A program made the position numbers and the translations under genes. Below are positions 23,301 to 36,400 of a stretch of 64,000 nucleotides of DNA, piece after piece. Under the pieces are notes generated by a model. That model worked only from the letters and a program-made list of their open reading frames with translations, was not told the origin of the DNA and did no database searches. Source of the DNA: Phoronis australis (lineage: Eukaryota; Animalia; Phoronida); the NCBI GenBank assembly GCA_002633005.1, contig NMRA01000951.1, positions 1 through 64,000 of the forward strand. The letters are read 5' to 3'. Each line of letters begins with the position of its first letter. Positions within the stretch are counted from its first letter, which is position 1.

Positions 23301-25739
23301 TGATTTGGAAAATTACTACCGTATACACACAAACATGATTCAACCAATGAAATATGTTTTGAAAAACATTTCACATATAATGCAAAATGGCTATTATTTG
23401 TTATTGTGCTGGTCGTGAAATTGTGTTTTATGTGTAGTTTTGTATATTCTTAGTATTTTCCTTTTCAAATTAGTGGTAAGTGGAGTACACATCACCGTCC
23501 TCCATTTTGAATTGGATAATTCAAGATTCACTCACAAGACATTTTAAGGTTTACTCCTGGGTTTTACTCGTGCGGTTTACATATAGGCTGTGCATTTGCA
23601 TTGTTCTAGATCTAGACTCAACTTGGCATCCTGTGCATGCGCTTAAATACACGCATTTATAAAGAATGTTTTACTCATTGAAGAGTATTGCACAAGCATG
23701 AGTTGAGAAGGTGGTCTGGTCGTCTTTGTTAGACCTCAGTGTAAATACATGCATTTATATATTATAGAATGTTTTACTCATTGAAGAGTATTGCGCAAGC
23801 ATGAGTTGAGAAGGTGGTCTGGTCGTCTTTGTTAGACCTCAGTGTACATAATCTAGGTCAAAGGTATGTCGTGAGAAATGTTGTTGTTATTCCATTTCTT
23901 CAGATTGTCCCTGTTCATTTCAGGCTGCACATTTTCCGAGTTCAAGATCACACACCCTGAACCAGTATTCCGTGAGCTCAACAGGCAAGCTATCACTCTC
24001 AAAAAGATTCTCAGTAAAATTCCAGAGGAAATTTCAGAACGCAAGACTTTCCTAGAAACCATCAAGTAAGTTGCTTGTATGGGAAAGTTTAGATCTGGGT
24101 TCAAAATTGTTGTGTATCATTACGACAGCCAACTACTGTGTTCACATAGATTAATTCTTATTTACACAACCAAGCAAAATGTTGTACCTTGACAGTTTTG
24201 GCTACTCACAGCAGCCATCTTCGGAAGCTATAGCTATTGGACACTAGGTGGCGTGGTGATGAGACTGTTCCAAATTTTAGATAACTTATACCCCCATGGT
24301 TCCTGTTCATGTAAATAAGAATTAAAATCTGTGTGTACTCTACCAACGTTATGAAATTATTTAGTGACAACTACTGTGCTGTTGAAAAAAGGATATGTGT
24401 GAAGCGTTTATTTTGGGTTAATAGCCACTTTCAACACCAAGTCAGTGCCAGTTTCCATGGACCTATGGGACTTATGTTTAATCTGGTCTGACGGTGTTAT
24501 GCAGTTTAGATTTCAGGACATAATCATGCCATAAAAGAACTGTTAGACAGTAACATTAACATGGTCCTTATGTTGTATTTCAGAGAGATCGCTAGTGCCA
24601 TAAAAGAACTGTTAGATTATGTCAACAAAGTACATAAAGGGCTTCAGTCACCAGAGGAGAGCAAGTTAGTCGACCAGCGAAAACGCGAGTTTGTCAAGTA
24701 TTCAAAAAAGTTCAGCAATGTATTGAAGGAGTTTTTCAAAGATGGTCGGTAAGTAGGTACCACTGTCAACTAATTAGTCAACCTTGACGCAAAAAACTAT
24801 TGAGTACCACCTTAGCACGATATAGAAATGCTCTCAGGACTCGACCCTTAGCTTGACGCCAACTCGCATTTGGCAACTTGGTGAAAATCCCAGGTTACCA
24901 AAGGAAATCTGAGGTCGCCAAAACTGACATCGAAATGGGTGACTAAAAAAAGGTTGTGCGGGTCTCAGAAACTTAAGCATTCAATTTCTCCCCATAAAGA
25001 AATATGTGTCACTCAATCTCTAACTCAATTCCTCCTGCCAACGAAGATAGCACGCAGACAATCGCATACTCTGGAGGCGCGTTTCATCGGTCTTGCCCGA
25101 TTTTTGCCGAACAATTCCAACTTCTGTTTGTTTTCTTCCTGTTGTAATTTAGGCGTGTGTTTGATGTGTGCTGACTGCTGAGGTGGTAAATGCACTGATT
25201 TCACAAAATAAACGGAACAGTTGTGAACCAAAGGTATTAAATCTAGGAAAACTTATAGTTTAGAAGTGAACAGAAACTTTGAAACGAATTTCGGGGAATT
25301 AATGTCTGACTTTGATATTTGCAGTCGCAACTTAGTGGCGATCTTTCACAGGTCGCCAAACAATCGGAGGTTGCATTCGCGACCTGCAGGTCGCCAAATC
25401 GAGCACTGGCTCTTTAAGAGGACTGTTTAGGCCACTTTCATATTTGTATAAAAATTTATCAAGCATTTCAGTCACATGCTTCAGTGTTATCCTCCGAGCT
25501 AAACAATGCTCTGTTTTAAAGATTCAAAGTGTAAACCACGTTTCTGATACTGTGAACCCACTCATCATCAGTCATTTTGTGACTCTTGTTGGCGTGTAGT
25601 GAATTGTGTTAACCTGTTTTTCTGTTTCAGTGGTGAAAAGGTGTTTGCTAGCGCCACCTATCTCATTCATCAAACAAACCTGATCATGCGAGCGGTGAAG
25701 AACACCAGTTCATACAGTTCTAACATTGCCATGAATTAA
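20329..25739 (+). CDS. PDCD10: Programmed cell death protein 10 (CCM3), about 222 aa, 5 coding exons
   Basis: Exons 20329-20400, 21950-22130, 23924-24065, 24584-24748 and 25631-25739 are GT-AG and in phase (669 nt). Motifs AAQTLKAAFTK, LKKILSKIPEEI..FLETIKEIASAIKELLD, KREFVKYSKKFS..LKEFFKDG and LIHQTNLI match the PDCD10 family. AATAAA at 26744. Confidence 0.96.
20512..21222. mobile_element. 711-bp foldback element with about 320-bp inverted arms and an 8-bp TSD, in a PDCD10 intron
   Basis: Ends CACTGGCGTCCTCAGCTTCTG and CAGAAGCTGAGGATGCCTGTG. CTCAGAAC lies at 20504-20511 and 21223-21230. The arms at about 20512-20830 and 20895-21222 are reverse complements. Confidence 0.9.
22131..22378. repeat. 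25-bp minisatellite (50-bp dimer) starting at a PDCD10 donor site
   Basis: Units gtactagtgcactaggctagtgagt / gtactagtgctccagtctagtgaat. The first unit begins with the intron GT. Confidence 0.85.
22425..22523. mobile_element. About 100-bp MITE
   Basis: Perfect 14-bp inverted repeat gtttcatgaaagtg (22433-22446) / cactttcatgaaac (22501-22514). Confidence 0.5.
23645..23845. repeat. About 100-bp tandem duplication
   Basis: agaatgttttactcattgaagagtattgc.caagcatgagttgagaaggtggtctggtcgtctttgttagacctcagtgta occurs twice. Confidence 0.85.
24835..25408. mobile_element. Non-autonomous hAT-like element with a 5-bp TSD in the last PDCD10 intron
   Basis: Ends CAGGACTCGA..TCGAGCACTG, flanked by GCTCT on both sides (24830-24834, 25409-25413). 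Subterminal ggtcgcc/gcgacc motifs resemble those of the 6391-7763 element. Confidence 0.7.
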
Positions 25740-28700
25740 TATGGCATCGGTGTGATGCGCCCCTCTCACACGTGGTCTACTCTGTTCTCAGTGTTCAGGA
25801 GCCAATGTACTTAAAGCTGTAGTATGATGCGACATAGAGCTGCAGTTGAGAGCAGGGGTGTGTAGAGAAAAATAAGATCTTGCAAGACCGTGCAAATTCA
25901 GGCGAGTGAGCTTGGTACCTTAACTTGTGTACACAGCAAAATGCCCACCACTGAAGTGATTGGTCTGCAAGACTGGAATGTTAAATTATGCAATTGTGAC
26001 ATCATTGGCAGAAATGATGGAAACATGGCCTTGTGACTAGCTTTATACATAACCTCCATTTAACGAGGGGTGTCTTGAATATTTTGGCTGATGAGTCAAG
26101 ATGAAATCTATTCTTGTTGAAAGTAGGCAGTTTTGAAGACAAAAATTACATGGAATAATCTAGTGGTTTAGTGTCATTTTCAGACTAAATTTGTCATGTT
26201 TCGGAAACTTATGAACTTTATTTAAGTGGGTTGTGACGTGATAAAGTGTTCAACTATGTCCAGTAATTTGTGTTCTCTATTTTATTTTGATATATCTTAA
26301 CCAGTTCACTAGTGTAATGTAACACTAGCTAGCAAGGACATTGTTTGTAAGACTTTGAATGTCCAGTTTTCAAGCAATAACATTCAGACTGACGCACCGG
26401 GCATGCCATCAACTAGTCAAACTACGTTACAACACCTTGGTTGTTTGCTCACTTATGCTGTTGCTTTCCACTAGCCAACTGCTCTCCAAGTTGACCCATG
26501 AATTGTCAATGTAAACTTGGTTAATTAAAGGTGTTTAGAAAATAGCCGAAAGGTTTGTTGTGATGTGGTTCATCTGTACAAGAGTGAGGCATGAAGTTGT
26601 GCTACTGGAGAAATCTGCTGTTAGAACGGGTAGTGGTGTATGGATCTCTGTAATATTAACTGGAAATGTGGACGTTAACAAAAGACGTGTATTAAACAAA
26701 TGGTTATGAAAAATGATTGTTAATGTGTTGTTAATATATTTTGAATAAAACAGTGATGCCAAGTTGATGTTTTAACATGTGTTAAACAGAAATTGATTAA
26801 ACTCGCATAAGCTGAAGTTAACCAGACTGATCAGTTTTATCAGAGTATGGTGAAAGGCCGAGCACGTGAACTTTAATAATTCCCACATCCAGGATTGAAC
26901 TTTCCCCTTTAGTAGAGGTACAAAAACCCATTGCATAAGTGACCTAGTTTTCGAAAGATGTATCCGTGAACACACTTCTAAGCTGACTTGGACAAGTGAA
27001 GAACGATTTATCACACCTGGATCAGCTTTTCATTCTATGTCTGCATTTAACTTGCTATGTAACATCAAGAAAAACGTGGAACACTAAAAGAAAAACATGG
27101 AACACTAACCTTAATGTATAATAACGATAAAAAACAAGAATCCAACTGTGTGGCTATTACCACACAAGAACAGCATTGTGGGTAATACTAGAGAATCGCA
27201 AAGGGTGTGGGGGGGTATTCCTGTAAGTGACTATTTTACTGAAGAACTTAAGTCTTCACTTGTGTAGTTGTATTGCTGTCACTATGTACAAAACTCAGCC
27301 AGTGGTGACACCTGTTGGGTTAGGTCATCGCAACAATGCACAGGTGCCACATGTCATCAACATTTTAAATTACATGTATGATATTCTCGCATGGTATAAT
27401 TCAATCAAACCATTTATCACCAGTCTGGATACAGTAATCTTTCAGTTCAAGCGACCCTTCAATTTCATGGTTAATATAAAAGGAACAGATTATCGAATGT
27501 TTTATTTATGTTAAATACAACTTTACAGTAACATTTGCTACAGAACAATGCAAAGCCAAAAGCAAAAATATGTACATACAGCAACCAATAATTTTCAATT
27601 ACTAGCACTTAATGTTAATTAATATGATAGTTATAATATTCTCTGCACCCTTGAACTGTCACTGGTCAGAACAACGCATCAACCCAACTCGTAGAAATAG
27701 CAACATCAAAGTACATTATAATGTAGTTGGTTGTTGCTAAATGACACTCCTGATTTTGTGACCAGCTAGTTCTAACCAATACTTCATACCCACTCAGCAC
27801 CTGCCAACTACTACAACATCATTATCACACGATTTTTGAAAACATCCCATTCCAAAAAATAAAACAAATCCCCTGACCAAAACTAAAACGGGATTCTCTT
27901 AACATTAAACAAACAAAACAAGTCCTATACAATTGTATCATTATGTCTTAGAGAAGATCTCGCATTACTGCCCGAGGTCACTAGTCAATGCACAAGTGAA
28001 CATTCCTTAAAGATGTATTTGTATGCTCTTAACTATGTTAATGTATACAAGGAACTAAATGGCAATGCTACTTTAACATATTTACGCTTAACAAAGTGCA
28101 GCTGTATTCATTGACAACTTGTAAAGGTGAAAACAAAAAATTTACAAAGCTATATATTGTTTCTAACAAATTTGGCCAAGCAATCACAAAGATAAGGAAC
28201 TAAGTCTACAAGTTCCACTTTAAAGCCTATCTTGAATGGTAACACTTGAAAATTTGGTTACTACAGTATGTTAAGAGCCTCGCCCTGAGCCCACCAGTGC
28301 CACTAATTGCCAAATATAATGAACTGTTAGGCTCTCTGGCTTGCTTTTGTCTACATCACCCATGAATCAACCTCAAAAAGCTGTGAATAACACCTGCAAG
28401 CAAAGGTGTTCTATTCAAACCCCTAGTCAATACAACTGTTATCAGCCTTTTGTTGTTTGTGCTGGGATCTTGCAGTGACGCAGTATGGCACGAAAAGACA
28501 ACTTCACCAATCATTTGACAGGCCTATATTTTAGTGATTAAAATGGTGTTTTCTTATTTTGCTAAAACTTTGCTAGGATTACCTGGCTAGCCTAATACAT
28601 TTATAATAACAAATTCTGTTGAAGTTAGGCTCTAAACTTTTATACATCATACATCAGCAGCTCACTACTAACAGTGGTCCAGGGCTGACGTCCAAGTGAA

Positions 28701-29959
28701 CATTCTTTAAAGTTCAATAAACCATAAGTGGTCCCTGACCAGAGGCTGTATGTGATAAACAAGTGAACGATTTTCTTATATCAACAACATTAACGTTGTT
28801 AGTTATTTTGCCATATTTTAAAGATAGGAAAACCAGTAAACAACAAAACAACATACTTTTTGATCAGCGAAAGCACTTACGGCAACACTACAGCCGTCCC
28901 TTCTTAATGCACAAGTTTTGTATGTTCATGAAAGTCATGACAACTGTGAATGGACCCTTAGCACCTCACTGGCTTTGCTCTTGACTTTGCCAGACAAACG
29001 CATATTTCTAAGCGAGATATGCACCGCACGACACTTGGAAGTTCTCAAACAGGCTGAGTATCAATGAATAAGCCAACTGACTAAGATGTAACTGCTGTAA
29101 CACATTCCATACACTTGCATTCAATAACAAAACCAGCACTTTTACCAATGGTACTTTTCTAGAATTTTCTGACTTACTATCAATAGATATCAACACCGTG
29201 AATTTGGCTGGCAATGGTTGACATTGCTGCACCTCACAGTTAACCTGTTGATTAGACACTATAACGCAGGTTTTAGTACAGCACATCACAGCTAACTAGT
29301 GGTGTGCAGCACTACTTCAGTAGCAGTATGTAGATCAAACCATTCATTTCATAGTATCTCTACCACAAGTCAAATACCTCATTTGAAGACTTTCACAAGA
29401 TAAATACAACTTTGTACCAACTTCTTCACATAAAGCAGTAGTTTCCTTACAGCTTCATAGAAAGAACTGAGTCAAAACAAGTTATACAACATATCCCACA
29501 CCAAAATATTGAGCTAATGCTTACCTCAACTCCAAGAAACACTGCCTGCTTCCTGACCATGTACTGCACCAGACAAATAATAAGACACATTAACTATAGC
29601 ATGTAACAAGACAGTGCATGCCTCAGCAGTTGGAGGACACGCCTAGCTCACTAGTGAAGAATACACCTAGTTATACAGTAAAAGTTTGTCAGTCAAGTAA
29701 GAAAGGCAGACATGAATTGGCCAAGTGTCAAATCACTTGTTGATTACGGTATATAATAAATAAATAAAGTCATTCAGTGACAGAAAGAGAGTTATTAATA
29801 ATTAACTAAACGGCCCATTCCAAGTCTGTACACTCCTCATTTCCAATTAAGAAATTTGGCTTCAAGATGGATCAACAAGATTAACTTTCCTCATACACAG
29901 ATGACGTTTTTCACTACTGTACAGTACTAATGTCAAGTGTACCACCACATGTTCTAGTA

Positions 29960-30120
29960 GACAGCCAGCCAGCCCGTACATTCTCACATCAGGTGGTGCT
30001 AGTTGACAGCCAGCTTGTACATTCTCACAATAGGTGGTGCTGATTGATAGCCAGTCTGTACATTCTCACAACAGGTGGCACTAGTTCACAGCCAGCCAAT
30101 ACATTCTCACAACAGGTGGT
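29960..30120. repeat. About 39-bp minisatellite (4 copies) in the AGFG1 3' UTR
   Basis: Unit gtacattctcacaacaggtggtgctagttgacagccagc. Confidence 0.8.
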
Positions 30121-30409
30121 AATGACAGTGCAAGAGAGAAACATACATCTACGCAACAGTCAAGTCACTATACATCTAAAATCTTTAGTTAATCATGAAA
30201 ATAATATTCCTTGACAGTACAGCCAACTGCACACAATGCAGCTTAGTAATTTCTTGGGCCCAATGACCTGTCAGTGCAAGTAACCATCAGACTTGAACGC
30301 ATGACATCACTCCAGTGAATGTATATTCACATCAGTCTATAATCTCAAATGGACATGCTCACTGAACCTCTGTGCATCTGACCTTTGAACAGATATACCA
30401 ACTGGCAGA

Positions 30410-33400
30410 CTAGAGAAAGGGGTTTGTAGAGCTGTTGCTAGGTGGCGCTGTCTGTTGTGGTGCAACATTCTGAAAAATAAACAAATTTTATTGCTTAAAT
30501 AACACTACAAATTCCCTAACATTGCCCTTGTTGTTGCTACGTTTACACATCAACATATAGACAAAAATATGCATCTGAACACAAAACGCAGGGTAGGATA
30601 CTGGTCGGGACATCCCTATTGTTATGTCACCAAAAGTCATCCCTAATGAATGTCTCCAACATGTAATTCCATACATATGTCACCAACAGGACATCCTTAT
30701 GCCTGCATATCATCACTTTTTTTTTGGTTTTAATCAGACTGTGTTCTCTGAATAACTTGTCGGCAATAACTCGAACATTGAATTGTGGACTGCAATACAG
30801 CCTCATACCACAGACTGGAACAAAATAATCCAAATTACAGATGCTTTGTCTCTATATGATAATTTGGACAGAATGAGTTCACTAAAATCAAATGACATGT
30901 TTGAGATCAGAAGATAGCTAACACAGGAAACGAGTTATTCATTATGACCAAAGGAAGTGTACACAGGCCAAGAATGCAAATGACTAATCACACCGTTTGT
31001 GATTAAAACATACACCTGGTTGAACTCAGCCCATGTTCTGCTCAGATACCATCTAACTACACAGACAAGAGCGCTCGGAGGAGCGACACTTGGCGAAATT
31101 AATCGAAAAGACGACGATGGGGAGGACGACGACGACGATCATGACGATGAAGGCAGCAATTATGAACAACACGATAACATTCATGGGACTAGCGAAGAAA
31201 TCAGTAAGAAATAGGCTGCAGTCTTGTTCAATAGCCGGTAATTTAGTGACAACAGTGCGAGAGCGCTCGGAGGAGCGACACCTGGCAAAATTAATTGAAT
31301 AGACGACGACGGGGAGGACGACAACAATGACGACGATCATGATGATGAAGGCGGCAATTATGAACAACATGATAACATTCAAGGGACTAGTGAAGAAATC
31401 AGTAAGAAATAGGCTGCAGTCTTGTTCAATAGCCGGTAATTTAGTGACAACAGTGTGAGAGCGTTCGGAGGAGCGACACTTGGCGAAATTAAACAAAAAG
31501 AAGACGATGGGGAGAACAACGACGATGACGATGAAGGCGGCAATTATGAACAACACAATAACATTCATGTGACTAGCAAAGAAATCAGTAAGCAATAGGC
31601 TGCAGTCTTGTTCAATAGAAGCTAAACCAACGTCAATGCAGCAAGAGCGCTCAACAAGGGAACAGTGAAATCAGAAAATCTCAAATAATTCGAAAAGTAG
31701 ATGTCCTAGCGAAAACCAGAAAACATCATCTGAAAGCCCGTTCAAAGCTCTATCTAAATTGATAGTAACACACAATTCCGTAAACTTTTCGAAAAAATTG
31801 AAATTTTGTGTTATTTTGAAATTCAAAGTCAAATAACTCGAAAACGGTAAGTCTGAGAGAAACGTTATCGCAGAACTTTTGAAAGAGCATACTTCAAAAA
31901 ATCCACAACCAAAAATTCATGTCATTTGCTGTTCCCGTTAAAAATGCAACCGCAGAACGATTGAAAATGGGTGAGCCAGAGCCGCCATCTTGAAAGTGAT
32001 TTCCGGTTAAACAAACTTTTATAATAGTCACACAAACGAAACAAAGAGGTGACGAGATTGAAAGTGATTGGTTCACCAATGCGCCTTCTACTGGAGAAAA
32101 CGTTTTCAGCCAGATATCGAGTTGCGCATGCGCCATGGCCAATATTTCCGCCATCTTTGACCGGAAGTTAACAATTTACCGCGCAGTTGTAGTACTCATG
32201 TCCTGTAATAATCATACCAAGTTTCAGCTCTGTACCTTGAAAAATGCAGCCTCTATGAGCATTTTAATCTGAAACCGTAATCAAAATGGCCGCCACGTCC
32301 GCCATTTTAAATCCGATCATGACCAGAAACAATAGGCTTCCAGTACTTCCCGATGTACACGTCGTGTGCAAATTTCGTGTGAATCGGACGAAAATTGCGA
32401 CCTGTAGAGAGCGAACAAACAAAAAAAAATTGATGTCAGACCAACATACTTGTCAGAATTGGAAGAATTCCACCAAGTAATAACAGCAAATCACCATCAT
32501 TGTTCACATTTTACTGAAATAAAAATAGCCACCAAAATACAGTGTTAAAGAAGTCTTCAATGGTGTTCAACAGATATTTACCATAAAAGGATTCACACTC
32601 TGTGAAGGCTGTCCCCATGATGCAAACTGTTGCTGTCCTCCAAAGCCACTGTTCACACCCATCTGCTGCGGCGGTGGTGCCCCAAATCCTCCTTGTTGTG
32701 GCACTCCAAACATGCCAGCACTGCCAAACCCTCCTTGGCTGGCCTTCCCCATCATTTGTCCACCAGCGCCTCCTACTGGCTGCTGGCCAAACAGTCCCAT
32801 TTGGTTGTGAGGCTGAGCTTGACCCCAGCTGCCATTTTGCATTCCTGCTGTGGAGAGTGAAGGATTAGATGCAACAGGCAAGCTGGTGAAGCCAGATGAT
32901 GCCATTGGTTGATTGAAGGATGACTGTTGGGGAAATCCACTGGCCACACCCCCTGGCACACTGCCTGATGACAGAAACGGGTTGACTGAGCTCCCAGGCT
33001 GGTTAAGGGGGTTTGATCCACCCAATGGAACAGCCTGGCTGCTTGGAGCTAGTCCACCAAATGGATTTGCAGCTGGAACATAAAAATAATAGCTTGAAGT
33101 GCATCAGCTACCAACATGTTTCAAAAAACTCAAGACAAGTGCTTAACAAAACATCGATAAAGTTTCATCACCTCCAAAAGTTACAACTTAAAATGTCCAA
33201 GCTGTCTTTGGCAGTAGTCTCACAGAATCCTGAATTTTGAGAACCAGAAAGATGCTCGTTATTCAGTAGAGAAAAAAATAATTCTCAAAATGTTAGACCT
33301 TTAGTTAATGATTCTTCAGTGTGTCCACTGAGAGACTTTCTAACAAAGTCCAAGCACATAATAAATAACAGAGAGCATACTGACTCATACATTCACAACT

Positions 33401-36400
33401 GGCTTTACTTTTGTCCGATACCTTTAAAAGCATGGAGGTTGACAAAAAAACAAAATAATATAAATAGAAAGAGTAACTAATCCTTTCCAACACCTGACAT
33501 GCAATTCCAGAGAACGCAAAGTCCGAAGTTAGTCTTCTAGCACAAACAATATACTACCAATTACTAGCACCAAAACATTTCAATCAACGAAACCAAAATC
33601 CCTTTTGGCGTGTAACAAATAATTGTCTAGTCAATCCTATTTGTTCAAGCTCACCGTTAACCAAACAAATGCCCATCACAACCTTTGAAACACCTGAAGC
33701 CTGAAGGTCTTTCATTGACACAGTCAATACAGTAACAGTTGAAAGCTAACTACATGACATCATCACCATGTACTGCAGCCTGTGAAATAATACTAGAACT
33801 GCCATCTGTAAGCTTTCAGGCAACATCAAGCTCCAATATGGATTCAAAACCATTTCAAACCACTTAACGAGAAAAGGTCAGTGGATAAGCACTCACACAG
33901 GGAAGATGATACAAAGGTGATTCAGCGTAGTAAGTCAGACATTTGGAAACCAACCTCTGTTGTACACTTAGCTCCCTTAACAACATGCAATCAAATAGAG
34001 TCAGAATTCTGTTAATGTCAATGTAAACAAATGGCATGTGACGGCACAAGGAAGTTCAACACATAACAGAGACCATATGAACCCATGCAATACCTGCAGT
34101 TTGGACAAATGGATTAGTTGGATCCCAGCTCTGACTGACCCCTGTTGGTGAAACATGTATTGACCATCAGTTCTAAATAACTCTACTTAAGACATTTATA
34201 CAATTAATTGTGTTTATATACAAAGTCTTTCATCTCCAAACTTCAACTTGGAGTCAAGTAACCAAAGCACAAGCTGGAGAAAACATGGATTATGTCTGTC
34301 TAAATGGCTCTCATCAGTTTTCTCCAACTGCTTAGTTCATCATGTCTGTGCAACTGCCTCTGATCAAGTCTGTCCTACTGCTTCTCTAACAGTGACGACT
34401 CCACCAACCAAACGACACATCCACGTATACATGAAGATAAATACTCAGTCAGAAGGCTGAATGCCAGTATCCCAAGAGTTCATTTTCGTTCTGAGTTTTG
34501 ATTTCAAGTTTCAAACACTAGATAGTAGCGTATATGCTAAATCTAAAAACCAAAATTACCAACAATTCCATCATGATGGCTGGACGTAAATCCAACTCTC
34601 AGCAGTAGCCAACCACCATGACGAGGAATGAAAAGAAATTGACAGGAAAGTTAGCTTAGCGGAATTTCTATCTTTAGTTAGAATTTTGCTACAATGATTT
34701 GTCGCAGCAATTTTGCTGTTAATGGAATTAAAAATCTTGATGAGGGTATTTGTGCTTTTACATTTAACAGATTGAAATTCAAAATTTTAGTCCCTTTGTG
34801 TGTATTTGTAACTCATCTTTTAGATAGCCAGCCATTAAATTCTTTCCTTGCAACATGGAGCTTAAAAATGGTTAAAATTTTTGCATTTAATTTTGCTGAC
34901 AACATAGCACAAGACGGCTACCTTCCATACGCAGGCCAATCTCTTGCAAGTTTGTGCGATAGTTGACCACATGACACAGCCTGGGTTTACATTTCATGCA
35001 GATTCACAGCACTGTTGATTCATGGTATTGTCTTTTCTCATTACATAAATCTTAATTCTTCTTTTAGGATTATTTTGTTGGCACATTTCTACACAAGATC
35101 ATAATGTGATTTTGCGGTTAAACCAGCAAACCTGAAATACAATACTTTAAAACACCAGTACCCCACTGCCGTCTACAGAGTTACATTTATGCACAACAGG
35201 AGGAGTAGACTAAGTGCCCATAACCCACCTGTGTTAGGCTGACCTCCAAAGGGTGTGTTAACTTGCTGACCACCAAACATGGCCGAATTTGATGAAGGGC
35301 CCATAGCTGTACTGAGGGACGTTCCGCCAGAACCAAAGAGAGAACCTGAAATGGAAAGCACATTATTGTGAAACAAAGGTCACCTTTTTCAAATATTTTT
35401 TGCAACACCATCAATAATTGTACCATCCCGTTTTGAGTCAAATCTATTCCCATGGAAAATCTAAATAAGTAAAGCACTTATAACAAACAACACGTAGTGC
35501 AAATCTTACAAAAAGAATGAAAACAAATGGCTTAAGTTGGAGTAGCAATTCAAGCTGTCACCTTCTGTTGAAAAACTAACCTTCAATTCAGAATCCTTAT
35601 CATTTTGAAATTGGTCTCAATTCATTCTTTACTTAAATTAGAAAGCGGCATATGACCCTTCATAAAATGAACCTCTCGTTTATAGCAGCTTTAACATTTG
35701 TTACCTACTCATTTTCAATTATTTTTAAAATGCTTTGTCTGGAACATGGATGTCAAATTTGTACTCACCAGAGGGCGTGGTCGTGTTGCCCCCTTGCCAG
35801 TTGATTCCTCCCGCACCACCATCCCAGTTCACTGTGGACACGGGTTCAGGGACTGGACTGGAGAACAGGTCAGCAAGGTTGGTGTACTTGTTGCTATCAC
35901 CAATAGTGGGCGCCGTTGAAGTAGTATTAGATGCCTGTGGTGAGGCAAAGTTGGCAAACAGGTCTGTGGTTGGGTTGGACTGAGGTTGGGGAAAACCTGG
36001 AGAAAGGCACAGGACAACACATCAATATATGAGTTCAGCAAAATATAGTAGAAGACACGATCACCATCATGGAGTCGGCAAGTAAACTGAGAAGCCGTTT
36101 CACGGCAACACACAAGCCCAGGGCTTCGAATGAACCATGAGAAAAAAGAGGAAATTTTTTGGGACCTAAATACACATTTCAATCTAAACCATACCTCAAT
36201 AGATTGAAAGTAAACATTAGTATCACAAAATGCCTCAGTACTGTGTCGTGTTGGCAAAACGCACTCATCTTAAGCAGTACTTGACATCTATTTCAGCAAC
36301 AACAATGAAGGCAATTAGATGCAACAAAATATTTTTCAAAATTAAAATAATAAAGATAATGATGAAAAATTTGCAGTGTGAGTGGAAGAAGCTTATTCTT

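Noticed and set aside
31053-31595. 180-aa hydrophobic repetitive ORF resembling a membrane protein
   Set aside because: By-product of the 195-bp tandem array inside an AGFG1 intron; the hydrophobic runs come from (gac/gat)n read on the minus strand.
33655-33693. Possible 39-nt symmetric AGFG1 exon (GVSKVVMGICLVN)
   Set aside because: The splice sites are plausible, but the peptide does not fit the FG/NPF low-complexity composition; there is no other support.
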